Shown: piece after piece, positions 1-9,432 of the stretch
Layout of the letters: the number at the start of each line of letters is the position of its first letter
How positions within the stretch are numbered: the stretch's first letter is position 1
Assembly (NCBI GenBank): GCA_965279515.1
Contig: CBDIID010000003.1
Location: 1,536,001-1,600,000 of the forward strand
DNA from: Turneriella sp.
Lineage (GTDB): Bacteria; Spirochaetota; Leptospiria; Turneriellales; Turneriellaceae
DNA length: 64,000 bases
Direction of reading: 5' to 3'
Made by a program: the position numbers and the translations under genes
The notes under the pieces: model-generated
What the model saw: the letters and a program-made list of their open reading frames with translations, nothing else
What the model was told of the DNA's origin: nothing
Databases searched by the model: none

Positions 1-16
1 CCGGCGCCGGTGCGGC

Positions 17-421
17 ATGGTACAAAACATACTTTGGTCAATTTTCGCGCTCATCAGCTCCGCTGTGATCTATACAAACTGGAGCAGTGCGCTCTGGGAT
101 ATCCGCGGCACGCACTCGTACGGCAAGTTCGCGTTTGGGTTCGCTTTCGTGGCATTCACTGCCTACAGTTTCTACTGCAGCCGGCGCGAAAATCTCATCA
201 AAACCGCGCGCAAGATCGGCGAATTCCACTGGGGACGGCAGATCGGCATCGATCTCTACATCGGTTTCTTTCTGTTCTGCGGATTTATTGCCTTACACCA
301 GGGCGGCATACAAATGCTGCTTTGGGCCGTGCCCGTGCTCATCTACGGCAACCAGCTGACGCTGCTCTATCTCGCCGTTCACTACGAATCCATAATCAAA
401 AAGTTTGCAGCCTTTGCCTAA
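17..421 (+). CDS. Small multi-pass membrane protein (DUF1475-like)
   Basis: 134 aa with about 4 hydrophobic segments and a 'QIGIDLYIG...YGN...LLY' pattern. Confidence 0.6.
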   Translation: MVQNILWSIFALISSAVIYTNWSSALWDIRGTHSYGKFAFGFAFVAFTAYSFYCSRRENLIKTARKIGEFHWGRQIGIDLYIGFFLFCGFIALHQGGIQMLLWAVPVLIYGNQLTLLYLAVHYESIIKKFAAFA

Positions 422-1005
422 CGCTGTTTATCCTCACGCGCTTCTTTCCAGCGGTGGTTGCATTTCAAGCAAACCCAGCGCCCAGCCTTGAAGGGAAAAA
501 ATGGCGCGCCCAGGAAGAGAATGAGCGCGCTGACGGGATGGTACTTCTGGTAACTTAAAAGATCCGAACCACATTTCGGGCACAGGCGCTGGGTCCAGTC
601 TGCACTCCCGGGGTTGGTGATTTGCCGGTGTTCATCCAACAGGCGCCGCGCCGCATCTGCCTCGCGCTCGTGCACGAATAGTTTTACGCCGCCCACGACA
701 TACGAGTAATTAAAGCGGGTAGCTCCCAATATCTCGTCGCGCAGCTCGGCGTAGATATCGTTATCGATCAGCAACCCGCGCACGATATTGGCCTCCACAT
801 CGGAGCCAAAAGATTCCAAAAGAACCGTATTGCCGTCGCGGTAATAGCCTTTCTCGATCTTCCTGCGAATCTCATAGGGCAGCTCATCTGTCCCGGCCTG
901 CTGCGGCTCTTTGCGCCCCTGCGAACCGCGGATTTTCTTGCCGACCAACACCAACAGCGGCACGAGAATAACGAATAAAAAGATTTCCTGCGAAGTAAAA
1001 TGCAT
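418..1005 (-). CDS. DUF2007 putative signal-transducing protein with N-terminal TM and C-terminal CxxC-TM-CxxC
   Basis: 'EANIVRGLL...GGVKLFVHE..A..AR' DUF2007 pattern; CPKC and CLKC flank a hydrophobic stretch. Confidence 0.75.
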   Translation of the reverse strand: MHFTSQEIFLFVILVPLLVLVGKKIRGSQGRKEPQQAGTDELPYEIRRKIEKGYYRDGNTVLLESFGSDVEANIVRGLLIDNDIYAELRDEILGATRFNYSYVVGGVKLFVHEREADAARRLLDEHRQITNPGSADWTQRLCPKCGSDLLSYQKYHPVSALILFLGAPFFPFKAGRWVCLKCNHRWKEAREDKQR

Positions 1006-1051
1006 ACTAATAAAATCTTGACACTTTGTTCACTATAACCCAGCGGCAGCT

Positions 1052-2293
1052 ATGTCTAACTCTGCCTTAGCCCATGCCCGAAAGTACCCGAGTCGTTTCC
1101 GCGATCCTTCTGAAAATAAGGATTTCTTTCTCAAGTTGGCGAACACCCTTTTTATCCGCCGCAAACTGACCCCCGAAGAGATTGCGCGTTACGGCGATTT
1201 TCTCTGGGTGGGCGATCCGCTCGCAGACAAGCTCGCGGTAAAATTCCATGAGCTCGGTATGCAGAAAGCGATGCCGATGCTTTCCGCCGCGCTCGAAGGA
1301 AAAATCGCCAAGGATGCGCCGCAAGAACTCCGCGATCTGATGAGCGCAGTAGAAACCGAGCCCACCTGGCTCGATAAACGCCTGCTGGATATCGGCGCGC
1401 GTTTTTCGCAGCGCTCGGGCATGCTGGGTGAATACGTGCTGTCGTGCGTGAGCCTCATGGGCGGTTACCGCTCCGCCGCGGCGAATAAGCCAATCGCCTT
1501 CACAGGCCAACTCGAATATATGGCGCCGCGCCGTCTTGCCGAGACGGCAAAATTCGGTTTCGACGTTTCGCGCACCGGAGCGATGGCGAAGGGCGCACAG
1601 GGGTTTAAGTCGGCGGTCAAGGTGCGCATGATGCATGCGCATGTGCGCCTGATGCTCGATCATTCGCCGAAATGGAAACACGACGTCTGGGGATTACCCA
1701 TCAACCAGGCCGATCTCGTTGCCACGAATACACTTTTTTCCGCGGTGTACCTGAGCGGCTTACGCGTGCTCGGTATGCAGGTTTCTGATGAGGAGTCACT
1801 CGGCGTCACACACCTGTGGCGTTATATCGGTTATCTCATGGGCGTCGACGAAGCGCTCTTGCCCACGAACGAAGAAGAAGGCACGCGCATGGCCTGGCTT
1901 TCGGGTGTGACGCAGCCGCCCGCCGACGAAGACTCGCGCCTATTAGGGCAAGCACTCATGAACGTGCCGCTCGCACGCGCAGAGACGCCGCTTGAAAAAC
2001 TGGCGGCGCATCTCGAAGTGCAGGTGCGTAGTGGCCTCACGCGGATTATCCTCGGCGACAACGCCGGCGACGATCTCGGCCTGCCAAATACACCATTGAA
2101 ATATGGTATTGCACTGACGACGCCACTGATCTTCGGTATGGAGACCATCCGCCGCCTCGTGCCGGGCCTCACGAATATTGCAGTACTGATCGGCGACAAA
2201 TGGCAACGCGGCCTCGTCGAAAAACCGCTCGCGGGAAAGCCGGCAACGTTCATTCCCCCGGAAAACCTGAAGCGCGAATCGGCATACGCGTAG
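1052..2293 (+). CDS. MpaB/rubber oxygenase (Lcp-like, DUF2236) heme oxygenase family protein
   Basis: Motifs GDPLAD, RRLAET, KVRMMHAHVR, WGLPINQADL, HLWRYIGYLMGV. Confidence 0.85.
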   Translation: MSNSALAHARKYPSRFRDPSENKDFFLKLANTLFIRRKLTPEEIARYGDFLWVGDPLADKLAVKFHELGMQKAMPMLSAALEGKIAKDAPQELRDLMSAVETEPTWLDKRLLDIGARFSQRSGMLGEYVLSCVSLMGGYRSAAANKPIAFTGQLEYMAPRRLAETAKFGFDVSRTGAMAKGAQGFKSAVKVRMMHAHVRLMLDHSPKWKHDVWGLPINQADLVATNTLFSAVYLSGLRVLGMQVSDEESLGVTHLWRYIGYLMGVDEALLPTNEEEGTRMAWLSGVTQPPADEDSRLLGQALMNVPLARAETPLEKLAAHLEVQVRSGLTRIILGDNAGDDLGLPNTPLKYGIALTTPLIFGMETIRRLVPGLTNIAVLIGDKWQRGLVEKPLAGKPATFIPPENLKRESAYA

Positions 2294-2358
2294 AAATACC
2301 CGCATTTCGGCGTAGCGAACCGACTTGATTTTTGGCCGCGCGATGCTATGATCGCGGC

Positions 2359-3864
2359 ATGGATACCGATCGGCTACGCAGGAAAAAAATCATTATCATT
2401 GGAGGCGGCGTGGCGGGCCTCTCTACCGGCATTTATGGCCAGCTCAATGGATTCGACACGCATATCCTGGAGATGCATGCATTACCAGGGGGGCAGTGCA
2501 CAGCATGGGGCAGCGAAGGATATCGTTTTGATTATTGTCTCCATTGGCTCGTCGGTACGCGCCGCGGAACTTTTCATAACATCTGGAAAGAGACGGGGGT
2601 CTTAACCGACAAAGTACAGATTGCCGATCATGACATCCATACTCTCATCGAAGATGAAACGCAAGGTAAATTCTACATCTTTGCGAACATTGACCGCTGG
2701 CAGGAATATTTGCTCCGGCTTGCCCCCGAAGACCGCAAAGGAATCAGTAAAATGTGCGGCCATATGAAAAAGGGCATCCGTCTGGATCAATTTGAAAACG
2801 CCCCCGGCTGCCGGTCGCTCACAGATTACCTGAAAGCCGTTTTCTCCATGGGGGGCACCTTATTGCTGATGATGCGCTATGGCAAGATGTCGGCAAAAGA
2901 ATATATCGAATCGCTCGGTTTTAAAAGCCTGAAGCTGCGCTATTTTCTCATGAAAATGTTCGGTGAAGCGGATTTTTCCGCGCTGGCCATCATACTCATG
3001 CTCGGCTGGTTTCACGATAAGAATGCAGGATACCTGGTCGGCGGCTCTTTACCCATCGCCATGCGCATGGCACACCGCTACAAAGAGCTGGGCGGAGTTC
3101 TTTCGCTGCAAAAAAAAGTGGAAAAAATACTGGTCGAAAACGGACAAGCCGTCGGCGTTCGTATGAAAGACGGCACGGAGGAAAGAGCGGATTTCGTGAT
3201 CAGTGCGGCTGACGGCCATTTCACCCTCTATGAGATGCTTGAAGGCAAATATCTGACACCCGCATTTAAAGAAGCGTACGGCAGCTGGAAATTATTTTCG
3301 CCGTTTGTGCAGGTTTCATTCGGCATTCAAGGTACGGTACCATCGGAAAATGTCGTCGTCATGTACGTGGGCAAACAGTTTCGCATCGGAAATTTCGACG
3401 TCAAAGACGGCTATTATATCATGAACCAAACCGCGCACGATCCGACGCTCGCACCCGAGGGGAAATCGAGCGTGATTTTGCGCTTCAACAGCGCCTGGGA
3501 TGAGTGGCAGAATATACCGACCGAGCGGTATAAACAAGAGAAGGAAAGGATCCGGGAGGACGCTGTGCTGCTGCTGGAGAAACATTATCCCGGCATCAAA
3601 GCCAAAATAGAGGTGACCGATGTCAGCACCCCACTCACCGAAGAAAGATACACCGGCGTCTGGCGCGGTGCCTACGAGGGATTCATGCCCACAGGGAATA
3701 TCATGACAAAATCGTTGCCGCATTCCCTGCCGGGTCTCAGCAATTTTCATATGGTCGGCCAATGGCTTTTCCCCGGCGGAGGACTGCCCCCCGCTGCGCA
3801 GTCAGGCAAATGGATCATCCAAACGCTTTGTAAAAAAGACCGCCGAACCTTCAAAACGGCTTAA
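2359..3864 (+). CDS. Phytoene desaturase family FAD-dependent oxidoreductase
   Basis: IIIGGGVAGL dinucleotide fold, GG.CT.W..GY.FD, TPLT..RYT, GQWLFPGGGLP; ATG at 2359 preferred over TTG at 2332. Confidence 0.85.
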   Translation: MDTDRLRRKKIIIIGGGVAGLSTGIYGQLNGFDTHILEMHALPGGQCTAWGSEGYRFDYCLHWLVGTRRGTFHNIWKETGVLTDKVQIADHDIHTLIEDETQGKFYIFANIDRWQEYLLRLAPEDRKGISKMCGHMKKGIRLDQFENAPGCRSLTDYLKAVFSMGGTLLLMMRYGKMSAKEYIESLGFKSLKLRYFLMKMFGEADFSALAIILMLGWFHDKNAGYLVGGSLPIAMRMAHRYKELGGVLSLQKKVEKILVENGQAVGVRMKDGTEERADFVISAADGHFTLYEMLEGKYLTPAFKEAYGSWKLFSPFVQVSFGIQGTVPSENVVVMYVGKQFRIGNFDVKDGYYIMNQTAHDPTLAPEGKSSVILRFNSAWDEWQNIPTERYKQEKERIREDAVLLLEKHYPGIKAKIEVTDVSTPLTEERYTGVWRGAYEGFMPTGNIMTKSLPHSLPGLSNFHMVGQWLFPGGGLPPAAQSGKWIIQTLCKKDRRTFKTA

Positions 3865-3884
3865 ACTGGTCGCAAGGAGATAAT

Positions 3885-4088
3885 ATGGAAGAACCGACAC
3901 AAAAACGCAAAAGGAACTTCAGGCCCCACGATCCGGGAAACGCCGTCTACGGCTTTGGACTTATCGGAGCAGCAGTCTATTTTGTATCCCAGGCGAGCGG
4001 TTTTTGGATGTCCGTTCTGGCGATACTTAAGGCGATTGTATGGCCGGCCTTTCTGGTTTACGAACTTTTTCAATTTCTGCGGCCCTGA
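3885..4088 (+). CDS. Small membrane protein
   Basis: 67 aa, AAGGAG RBS upstream, two hydrophobic helices (VYGFGLIGAAVYF...LKAIVWPAFLVY). Confidence 0.75.
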   Translation: MEEPTQKRKRNFRPHDPGNAVYGFGLIGAAVYFVSQASGFWMSVLAILKAIVWPAFLVYELFQFLRP

Positions 4089-4232
4089 AAAAAGCGCGGC
4101 GCGGCAAGTTTATGCACGCTTGAGTAAGTCTCCCTGGCCGCTGCCAGGTCGAATATCACATGGCGCTCTCGTTATTCGGTTGCGGCCGCGTCTGCCGCGG
4201 GATATCCGGCTTTCCCTTTAAGCGGGAATTCC

Positions 4233-6335
4233 ATGATTTTTAAGATTTTTAAACCGCTCCTTATTCCGGCCGTATTGCTCTGGGCATCCCTGCCGCTCGC
4301 AGCCGCAGCGACGGAACTCACGGCGCAGCGCTGCAAGACGGGCGCCGGTTTTCGTGACGGCGACGTCCAAAAAGTGCTCTCCGATCTTAAGGATTTTCAA
4401 CCCGTGAGCTCATTCCCCGTCCTGCTCAACAACATCTACAAACCGGCGCGCAACGGCGCTTTACTCGAATACAGTATTGCCTGTACCTTTGAAATGCCCG
4501 CAGCGTTTAAAGGCGATCATTTTCTCTACCTACCGGGCATTGGCGAGAATTTTGATATTTTTCTGAACGGCGAAAAAATCCATGCGGATCTCCACGTCAA
4601 AGACGGAAGAATCGAAACCTACCGCTATGCAAAATTCCTGAATATCGCCCTGCCCGCCGGCGTACTGAAAGCCGGTAACAACACGCTGTTTTTTCACATT
4701 GCGGGTTATGCTCCACTAACCCCGCTGTCGGAAAACTTTCTGCTGGGCCTGCCTTTCCGCAGCGGTTATGTGATTTCCGTAAGCCGTGGCGAAGGTCCCG
4801 GCAGCCTGCTGTTGTTTTTTCTCACGGCATCGTACATCTTCTTTGCTTTTTACCATCTGTTCTTTTACCTGCGCTGGCGCGAGAAGAGCTATAACCTGCA
4901 CTTTGCCGTGTTTTCCCTCGCCATTTCAGGTTATTTTCTGGCCTTTTCGCAGGAAGCCTTTGCCCGCATTGAAAATACGCGCTATCTCGTCATGGCATCC
5001 TATGCATGCCAGATGGTTGCGCTGGCATTTTTTCTTCTTTATGTGCAGCGTTTCTTTTTTGAAAACCGGCGTATGCCCAGGTACATCGGCGTGGCGGTCG
5101 GCGTTGACCTGGTGCTGGCTGCGGCAGTCGTCGCGGGCCGGGACACCTGGTACCAGTCGCTTCTGACATTCTGGTACCTGACCGCGATACCGCAGGTGGT
5201 GATCGTTTTCTGGCTCATCGGCAGGGCTGTGCGCCTGAAGCTGCCCGACGCACGGCTTTTGGCTGCGAGCATCGCCGTAGCCATTCTCATGATTTTTTTC
5301 GACATGCTCGATACGCTGCTGATCTATTCGAACGTGCGTTTAAGCCAGTTCGCCTACTTCACCGTTGTGCTTTCGCTCGTGCTCATCATGGCAAATCGTT
5401 TCATCAATATCCACCATGAGACCGATCGCCTCAACCGCCAGCTCTCGCTCGAACGCAATTCTTTCTCGCGTTTTGTGCCGTCGCAGTTCCTCGAAAATCT
5501 CGGCCGCTCGACCGCTGTGGAGATCCGCCGCGGCGACGCGGCGCAGCGTCATATGGGAATTCTCTTTCTGGATATCCGCAATTTCACTGGCATGGCTGAG
5601 AAACTGTCGCCGACAGAGAGCCTTGTATTTCTCAATGTCTTCATGAAAAGGATGGAGCAGTGTATCAGCCAGAACGGCGGCTTCGTCGACAAATACATCG
5701 GTGACGGCCTTCTGGCGCTCTTTGGTTCGCAGGCCGACAAGATTGGCGACGGCGCGCTGCAGGCCGTGCGCGCGGGCCGGCAGATGTTCGACAGCCTCGA
5801 ATTCTTCGCGCGTTATAATGCACAGCTGGGCGAAATCAAAATCGGCGTCGGTGTGCACTGTGGCCCCCTCGTCATGGGCACGCTCGGCAGTAAACGCCGC
5901 CTCGACACTACCGTGATCGGCGATGCGGTAAATCTTGCCTCGCGCCTGGAAATGCTGACGACGCTCTACGGCGTACCGATGCTGGTTTCTGACGCGGCCT
6001 ATGAAGTGCTGCCAGGGAACGAGAGTATCGATATGCGGCGCATCGATACCGTGCGCGTCAAAGGCCGCAAAGAAGCCGTCACCATCTATGAGGATTTCCA
6101 CCACGACCCGCCGGCCATCGCCGCGAAAAAAAGAGAGGCCACGATCACATACACACAGGCTCTCGACCTATATAAGCAGGAAAATTTCACCGAAGCGGCA
6201 AAGCTCTTTGATTTTATCAACAACGGCAGCCCTTATGATGCGGCAGCTACCGCTATGTCAAAACGCTGCCTGAAGCTCGCACGCACCGGCGCGCCGGCAA
6301 ACTGGGATGGCGTGCTGCCGTTGGGCAAAAAATAA
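4233..6335 (+). CDS. Class III adenylate cyclase with signal peptide, extracellular beta domain and 7TM-DISM region
   Basis: FLDIRNFT, DKYIGDG, TVIGDAVNLASRLE, VKGR motifs; about 7 TM helices upstream. Confidence 0.9.
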   Translation: MIFKIFKPLLIPAVLLWASLPLAAAATELTAQRCKTGAGFRDGDVQKVLSDLKDFQPVSSFPVLLNNIYKPARNGALLEYSIACTFEMPAAFKGDHFLYLPGIGENFDIFLNGEKIHADLHVKDGRIETYRYAKFLNIALPAGVLKAGNNTLFFHIAGYAPLTPLSENFLLGLPFRSGYVISVSRGEGPGSLLLFFLTASYIFFAFYHLFFYLRWREKSYNLHFAVFSLAISGYFLAFSQEAFARIENTRYLVMASYACQMVALAFFLLYVQRFFFENRRMPRYIGVAVGVDLVLAAAVVAGRDTWYQSLLTFWYLTAIPQVVIVFWLIGRAVRLKLPDARLLAASIAVAILMIFFDMLDTLLIYSNVRLSQFAYFTVVLSLVLIMANRFINIHHETDRLNRQLSLERNSFSRFVPSQFLENLGRSTAVEIRRGDAAQRHMGILFLDIRNFTGMAEKLSPTESLVFLNVFMKRMEQCISQNGGFVDKYIGDGLLALFGSQADKIGDGALQAVRAGRQMFDSLEFFARYNAQLGEIKIGVGVHCGPLVMGTLGSKRRLDTTVIGDAVNLASRLEMLTTLYGVPMLVSDAAYEVLPGNESIDMRRIDTVRVKGRKEAVTIYEDFHHDPPAIAAKKREATITYTQALDLYKQENFTEAAKLFDFINNGSPYDAAATAMSKRCLKLARTGAPANWDGVLPLGKK

Positions 6336-6388
6336 AAATCTTCAGATACGGAAACGCAGCAACCAAGGCCGGGCACAAAATCGGTGGA

Positions 6389-7117
6389 TTATCTTACTAA
6401 GACCACACCGCGGATATCCTCGGTAAGGGAGGTGAGTAACCACTGCAAGGGTACTGCATCCGGATACGTACCGCCGGGTTTCCCCGCTATCCTAAAGCCC
6501 AGACTCAATTTCCCCTGCACCAGATTGTGCATATCTTTGTCTGATTCTTTCGGGTTATCGATACATTCTGCGCGATGATTTCCCGAAGCACCCGAAATAT
6601 CCATGGCACCCGAGGCCTGGTTGAAGAGATAAAAATTCATTTCAATGATGTGGTCGGTACAGTACCGAGCTTCAAAATCCAGCTTGCCTTTTGCCGGAGC
6701 CTCGCGGTATTCCCTGATATTTAACCTCTCGACACGAAGCAGCAGAATATAATCCACGCCAGGAATAGCTGCCGCACTAATTAACGAAGCTGCTTTCGCC
6801 GCACTAACGTTCTCTCCGTGCAAAGCAAGAACCATCGCCGCGTATTTTCCCGGGGGCATCAATCTAACAATGTCGCCTTCGTGAATCGTGGCTTCGTGAT
6901 TCTCTCTAAAGGCGGAATAAAACTTGCGGCTGATCGCGAGATAATCCTCGCGCGGCAGGTCGGGCGACATCACGGTAATGATGCCCAGCCGCTTGTCCCT
7001 GGTAATACCAGGGGTATTTTTTTGGACCGAGGTGATAGTGTTTTCCCGCGAACAGGCGACCAGCATGACAGAAACCATCATTAAAGGAAATATTCTGTTA
7101 CCGGTAATAGTCCGCAT
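6389..7117 (-). CDS. Hypothetical lipoprotein
   Basis: Hydrophobic N-terminus with lipobox LVAC; GGAG upstream. Confidence 0.6.
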   Translation of the reverse strand: MRTITGNRIFPLMMVSVMLVACSRENTITSVQKNTPGITRDKRLGIITVMSPDLPREDYLAISRKFYSAFRENHEATIHEGDIVRLMPPGKYAAMVLALHGENVSAAKAASLISAAAIPGVDYILLLRVERLNIREYREAPAKGKLDFEARYCTDHIIEMNFYLFNQASGAMDISGASGNHRAECIDNPKESDKDMHNLVQGKLSLGFRIAGKPGGTYPDAVPLQWLLTSLTEDIRGVVLVR

Positions 7118-7464
7118 TCTCCGGGATTTTGGGAAATGATCTTCATTGTCAACAATATCTCTATCTTGGAAGCACGAAGAATTCTATCGGGAATGTTCAG
7201 ACACCGCCAAGGTAACACTCTGGTTTGCTGCCAGGAAAAAAATCTCCAGGACCCTGATGAACTTACCTGCCATATCATCCCGTTGCTTTGATCCGATTTC
7301 AGCCATCCGCACAGACTGATCATTAACTATCCTGTGAGACTTGCTTCTACCGTAACGAGGTAAGTTCCGCCTGGTGATCAGCCTGCGGTAAAGGCCGATG
7401 ACCCAACATTACGGAAAGCCGGGATCCATGTGAGACCGCCTCCCAAGCCAATATGGGAAATTTC

Positions 7465-7493
7465 TTGCCGATATGGTGCATATACACTATACT
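7465..7493 (+). promoter_or_regulatory. Sigma-70 promoter with overlapping palindromic operator for the thiolase-marR operon
   Basis: TTGCCG-N17-TATACT; imperfect palindrome TATGGTGCAT/ATACACTATA at 7472-7491. Confidence 0.65.
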
Positions 7494-7525
7494 ATGGCTA
7501 TGGAATTCCATAACGGAGGCATCCC

Positions 7526-8848
7526 ATGAAAGTCGAAAAACAAGTCGTTATCGCGGCCCCGCTCCGCACTCCCTTTGCCCAAATCGGCAAGGCGCTGGCG
7601 AAATACCCGGCGCACCATCTCGGCAAACTCGTCGCCGAGAAAATGATCGAAAAATTCAAAATCAAAAAAGATGATATCGATGCGGTGATCGTCGGCGAAG
7701 GTTTTGCCAACGCACCCAACTCGGCGCGTGTGATTGCAAACCTTATCGGTCTCAGGGATGAAATTCCCGCGCTCACCGTGGCGAACAACTGCGTCTCAGG
7801 CATGGATGCCATCGCCGAAGCAACGCGGCGCATTGTACTGGGTGAAGCATCGGTCGTGCTGGTGCTCGGCGAAGAATCGCAGACGTCGATGCCGATGATC
7901 ATCAAGGGTGCGCGCCTCGACAAAAAAACCGCGACGCTCGACAAACTGAAGGGCCTGCTGCCCGATAAGCTGCCCGATGGCGTGGAACTCAGAGACACGC
8001 TCGAAGACGGTTTGGGCGACGGCGAAAATTCCTATGGCATGCAGGCGACTGCCGAGATTCTCTCGCAGAACTACAACCTCTCGCGCGCCATCAACGACAA
8101 AGTCGCCTTCCAGAGTTTTAAGCGCGCTTACGACGCTTCGGAAAAGGGTCTGTACAAAGACTACATTATTCCGATGAAAGATGAAGACGGTGAGGTGCTC
8201 GACCGCGACGAAGCGGTTGTGCTGCGCAAAGGCCTCGTCGAAAATCCTGAACGCATGGGCCGCGCGATGCTGCTCTTTGATAATCCCCAGTTCAAGTTCG
8301 ACCAGTTCAAGGAAAAATACGGCAAAGACCTGAAAGAGATCCATGGCCCCACCGTTTCGATCTTCAACGCCAGCCCGCGCTCTGACGGTGCAGCCGGCGT
8401 CATTGTCACAACGCCCGAAAAGGCGAAGCAGTTGGGATTAACCCCGGTGATGAAAATCAGCGGTTTTAAAATGAAAGGTGTTCACCCTAACCTTATGGGT
8501 TTGGGTCAGGCCGAGGCAACGCTGGCCCTCCTCACCGAGCTCGGCATGAAGATCGAAGACATGGACTATGTCGAGATCCACGAAGCCTTCGCCGCTACCG
8601 CCATCGGTGCGCTCGAAGAAATCAAAAAACGCTCGGGCGGCTGGGACTGGGAGAAGCAGTTCGACGCGATGAAGATTAACCCGAATGGCGGCTCGATCGC
8701 AACCGGTCACCCCTTCGGCGCAACAGGTGTGCGCCTGGCGCTCAACGCCGCGATGGATTTTGCGAACGACCCCAACGCAAAAAAGATCCTCACCACCGCC
8801 TGTGCGCATGGCGGCGTCGCAGGTGCCATCGTCTTCGAGCGCGCATGA
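7526..8848 (+). CDS. Thiolase (acetyl-CoA acyltransferase), HEAF type
   Basis: NNCVSG, EIHEAFA, GHPFGATG, ACAHGG motifs; GGAGG RBS. Confidence 0.93.
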   Translation: MKVEKQVVIAAPLRTPFAQIGKALAKYPAHHLGKLVAEKMIEKFKIKKDDIDAVIVGEGFANAPNSARVIANLIGLRDEIPALTVANNCVSGMDAIAEATRRIVLGEASVVLVLGEESQTSMPMIIKGARLDKKTATLDKLKGLLPDKLPDGVELRDTLEDGLGDGENSYGMQATAEILSQNYNLSRAINDKVAFQSFKRAYDASEKGLYKDYIIPMKDEDGEVLDRDEAVVLRKGLVENPERMGRAMLLFDNPQFKFDQFKEKYGKDLKEIHGPTVSIFNASPRSDGAAGVIVTTPEKAKQLGLTPVMKISGFKMKGVHPNLMGLGQAEATLALLTELGMKIEDMDYVEIHEAFAATAIGALEEIKKRSGGWDWEKQFDAMKINPNGGSIATGHPFGATGVRLALNAAMDFANDPNAKKILTTACAHGGVAGAIVFERA

Positions 8849-9432
8849 GTATATCGCGCCTGGGGGAACGTACCACAGGGCTTGGAGCCCGAAGGTCCGG
8901 AACGGACAGGATGTCCTCTGCGTTACGGACGGAAGGTTTAGATTGGCTGAATGCCGGCGCGGTCTGCTTCAACTTCAACCTGAGGCGGACCGCGCGCGCC
9001 GTAACGCAGTACTACGACGAGGTCTTAAAACCTTCGGGCATTAAGGTCACACAGTTCACCATCCTCATGGCGATTGCGACGCAAAGCAGCCGGCGCACTG
9101 CCATCCATGGCAGCGCCGGCCTCGAGCCCTCCGTGGCTCAGAGCACGATCACAGAGATCGCCCGCCTCGCGCAGGTCGACCGCACGACGCTCACGCGCAG
9201 CCTCAAGATATTGCAGGGCGATAAGCTGATCGAAGTCAGGAAGGCACAACCCGGAAACAAACGCCGGGTCAATATCACCCCGCTCGGCATCCAAAGAATG
9301 AAAGAGGTTTATCCCTATTGGTTTAAGGCCCAGCGTTCGCTGGCCAAGGCGCTGAGCCCCGTCAAGACCCGCGAACTGCGCCACCTGTTGGGCGATGTCA
9401 AAAATGCTGCGGAGAAACTGCATGCCGTCTGA
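8845..9432 (+). CDS. MarR family transcriptional regulator carrying palindrome-encoded extra segments
   Basis: CFNFNLRRTARAVTQYYD, TQFTIL, DRTTLTRSL, ITPLG; ATGA overlap with the thiolase stop. Confidence 0.88.
   Translation: MSISRLGERTTGLGARRSGTDRMSSALRTEGLDWLNAGAVCFNFNLRRTARAVTQYYDEVLKPSGIKVTQFTILMAIATQSSRRTAIHGSAGLEPSVAQSTITEIARLAQVDRTTLTRSLKILQGDKLIEVRKAQPGNKRRVNITPLGIQRMKEVYPYWFKAQRSLAKALSPVKTRELRHLLGDVKNAAEKLHAV
8878..8930. repeat. TCC/GGA-loop palindromic element in the MarR N-terminal extension
   Basis: GGGCT-TGG-AGCCC; GGACA-GGA-TGTCC nested within GTCCGgAACG...CGTTaCGGAC. Confidence 0.55.
9089..9143. repeat. TCC-loop double-hairpin element in frame within MarR
   Basis: GCCGGCGC(ac)TGCCA-TCCA-TGGCAGCGCCGGC followed by CTCGAGCC-CTCCGT-GGCTC(a)GAG. 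Confidence 0.75.

Noticed and set aside
4283..4294. GGCA-TCCC-TGCC mini-hairpins (also near 41355) and GCAGC-ATCC-GCTGC near 53363 as more TCC-loop elements
   Set aside because: Only 4-5 bp stems, no companion hairpin and no evident protein insertion; expected by chance
7081..7460. 80-aa minus-strand ORF and stop-interrupted upstream frame as a gene or pseudogene
   Set aside because: No recognisable motifs or RBS; a short PGGTY match to the neighbouring lipoprotein may be chance
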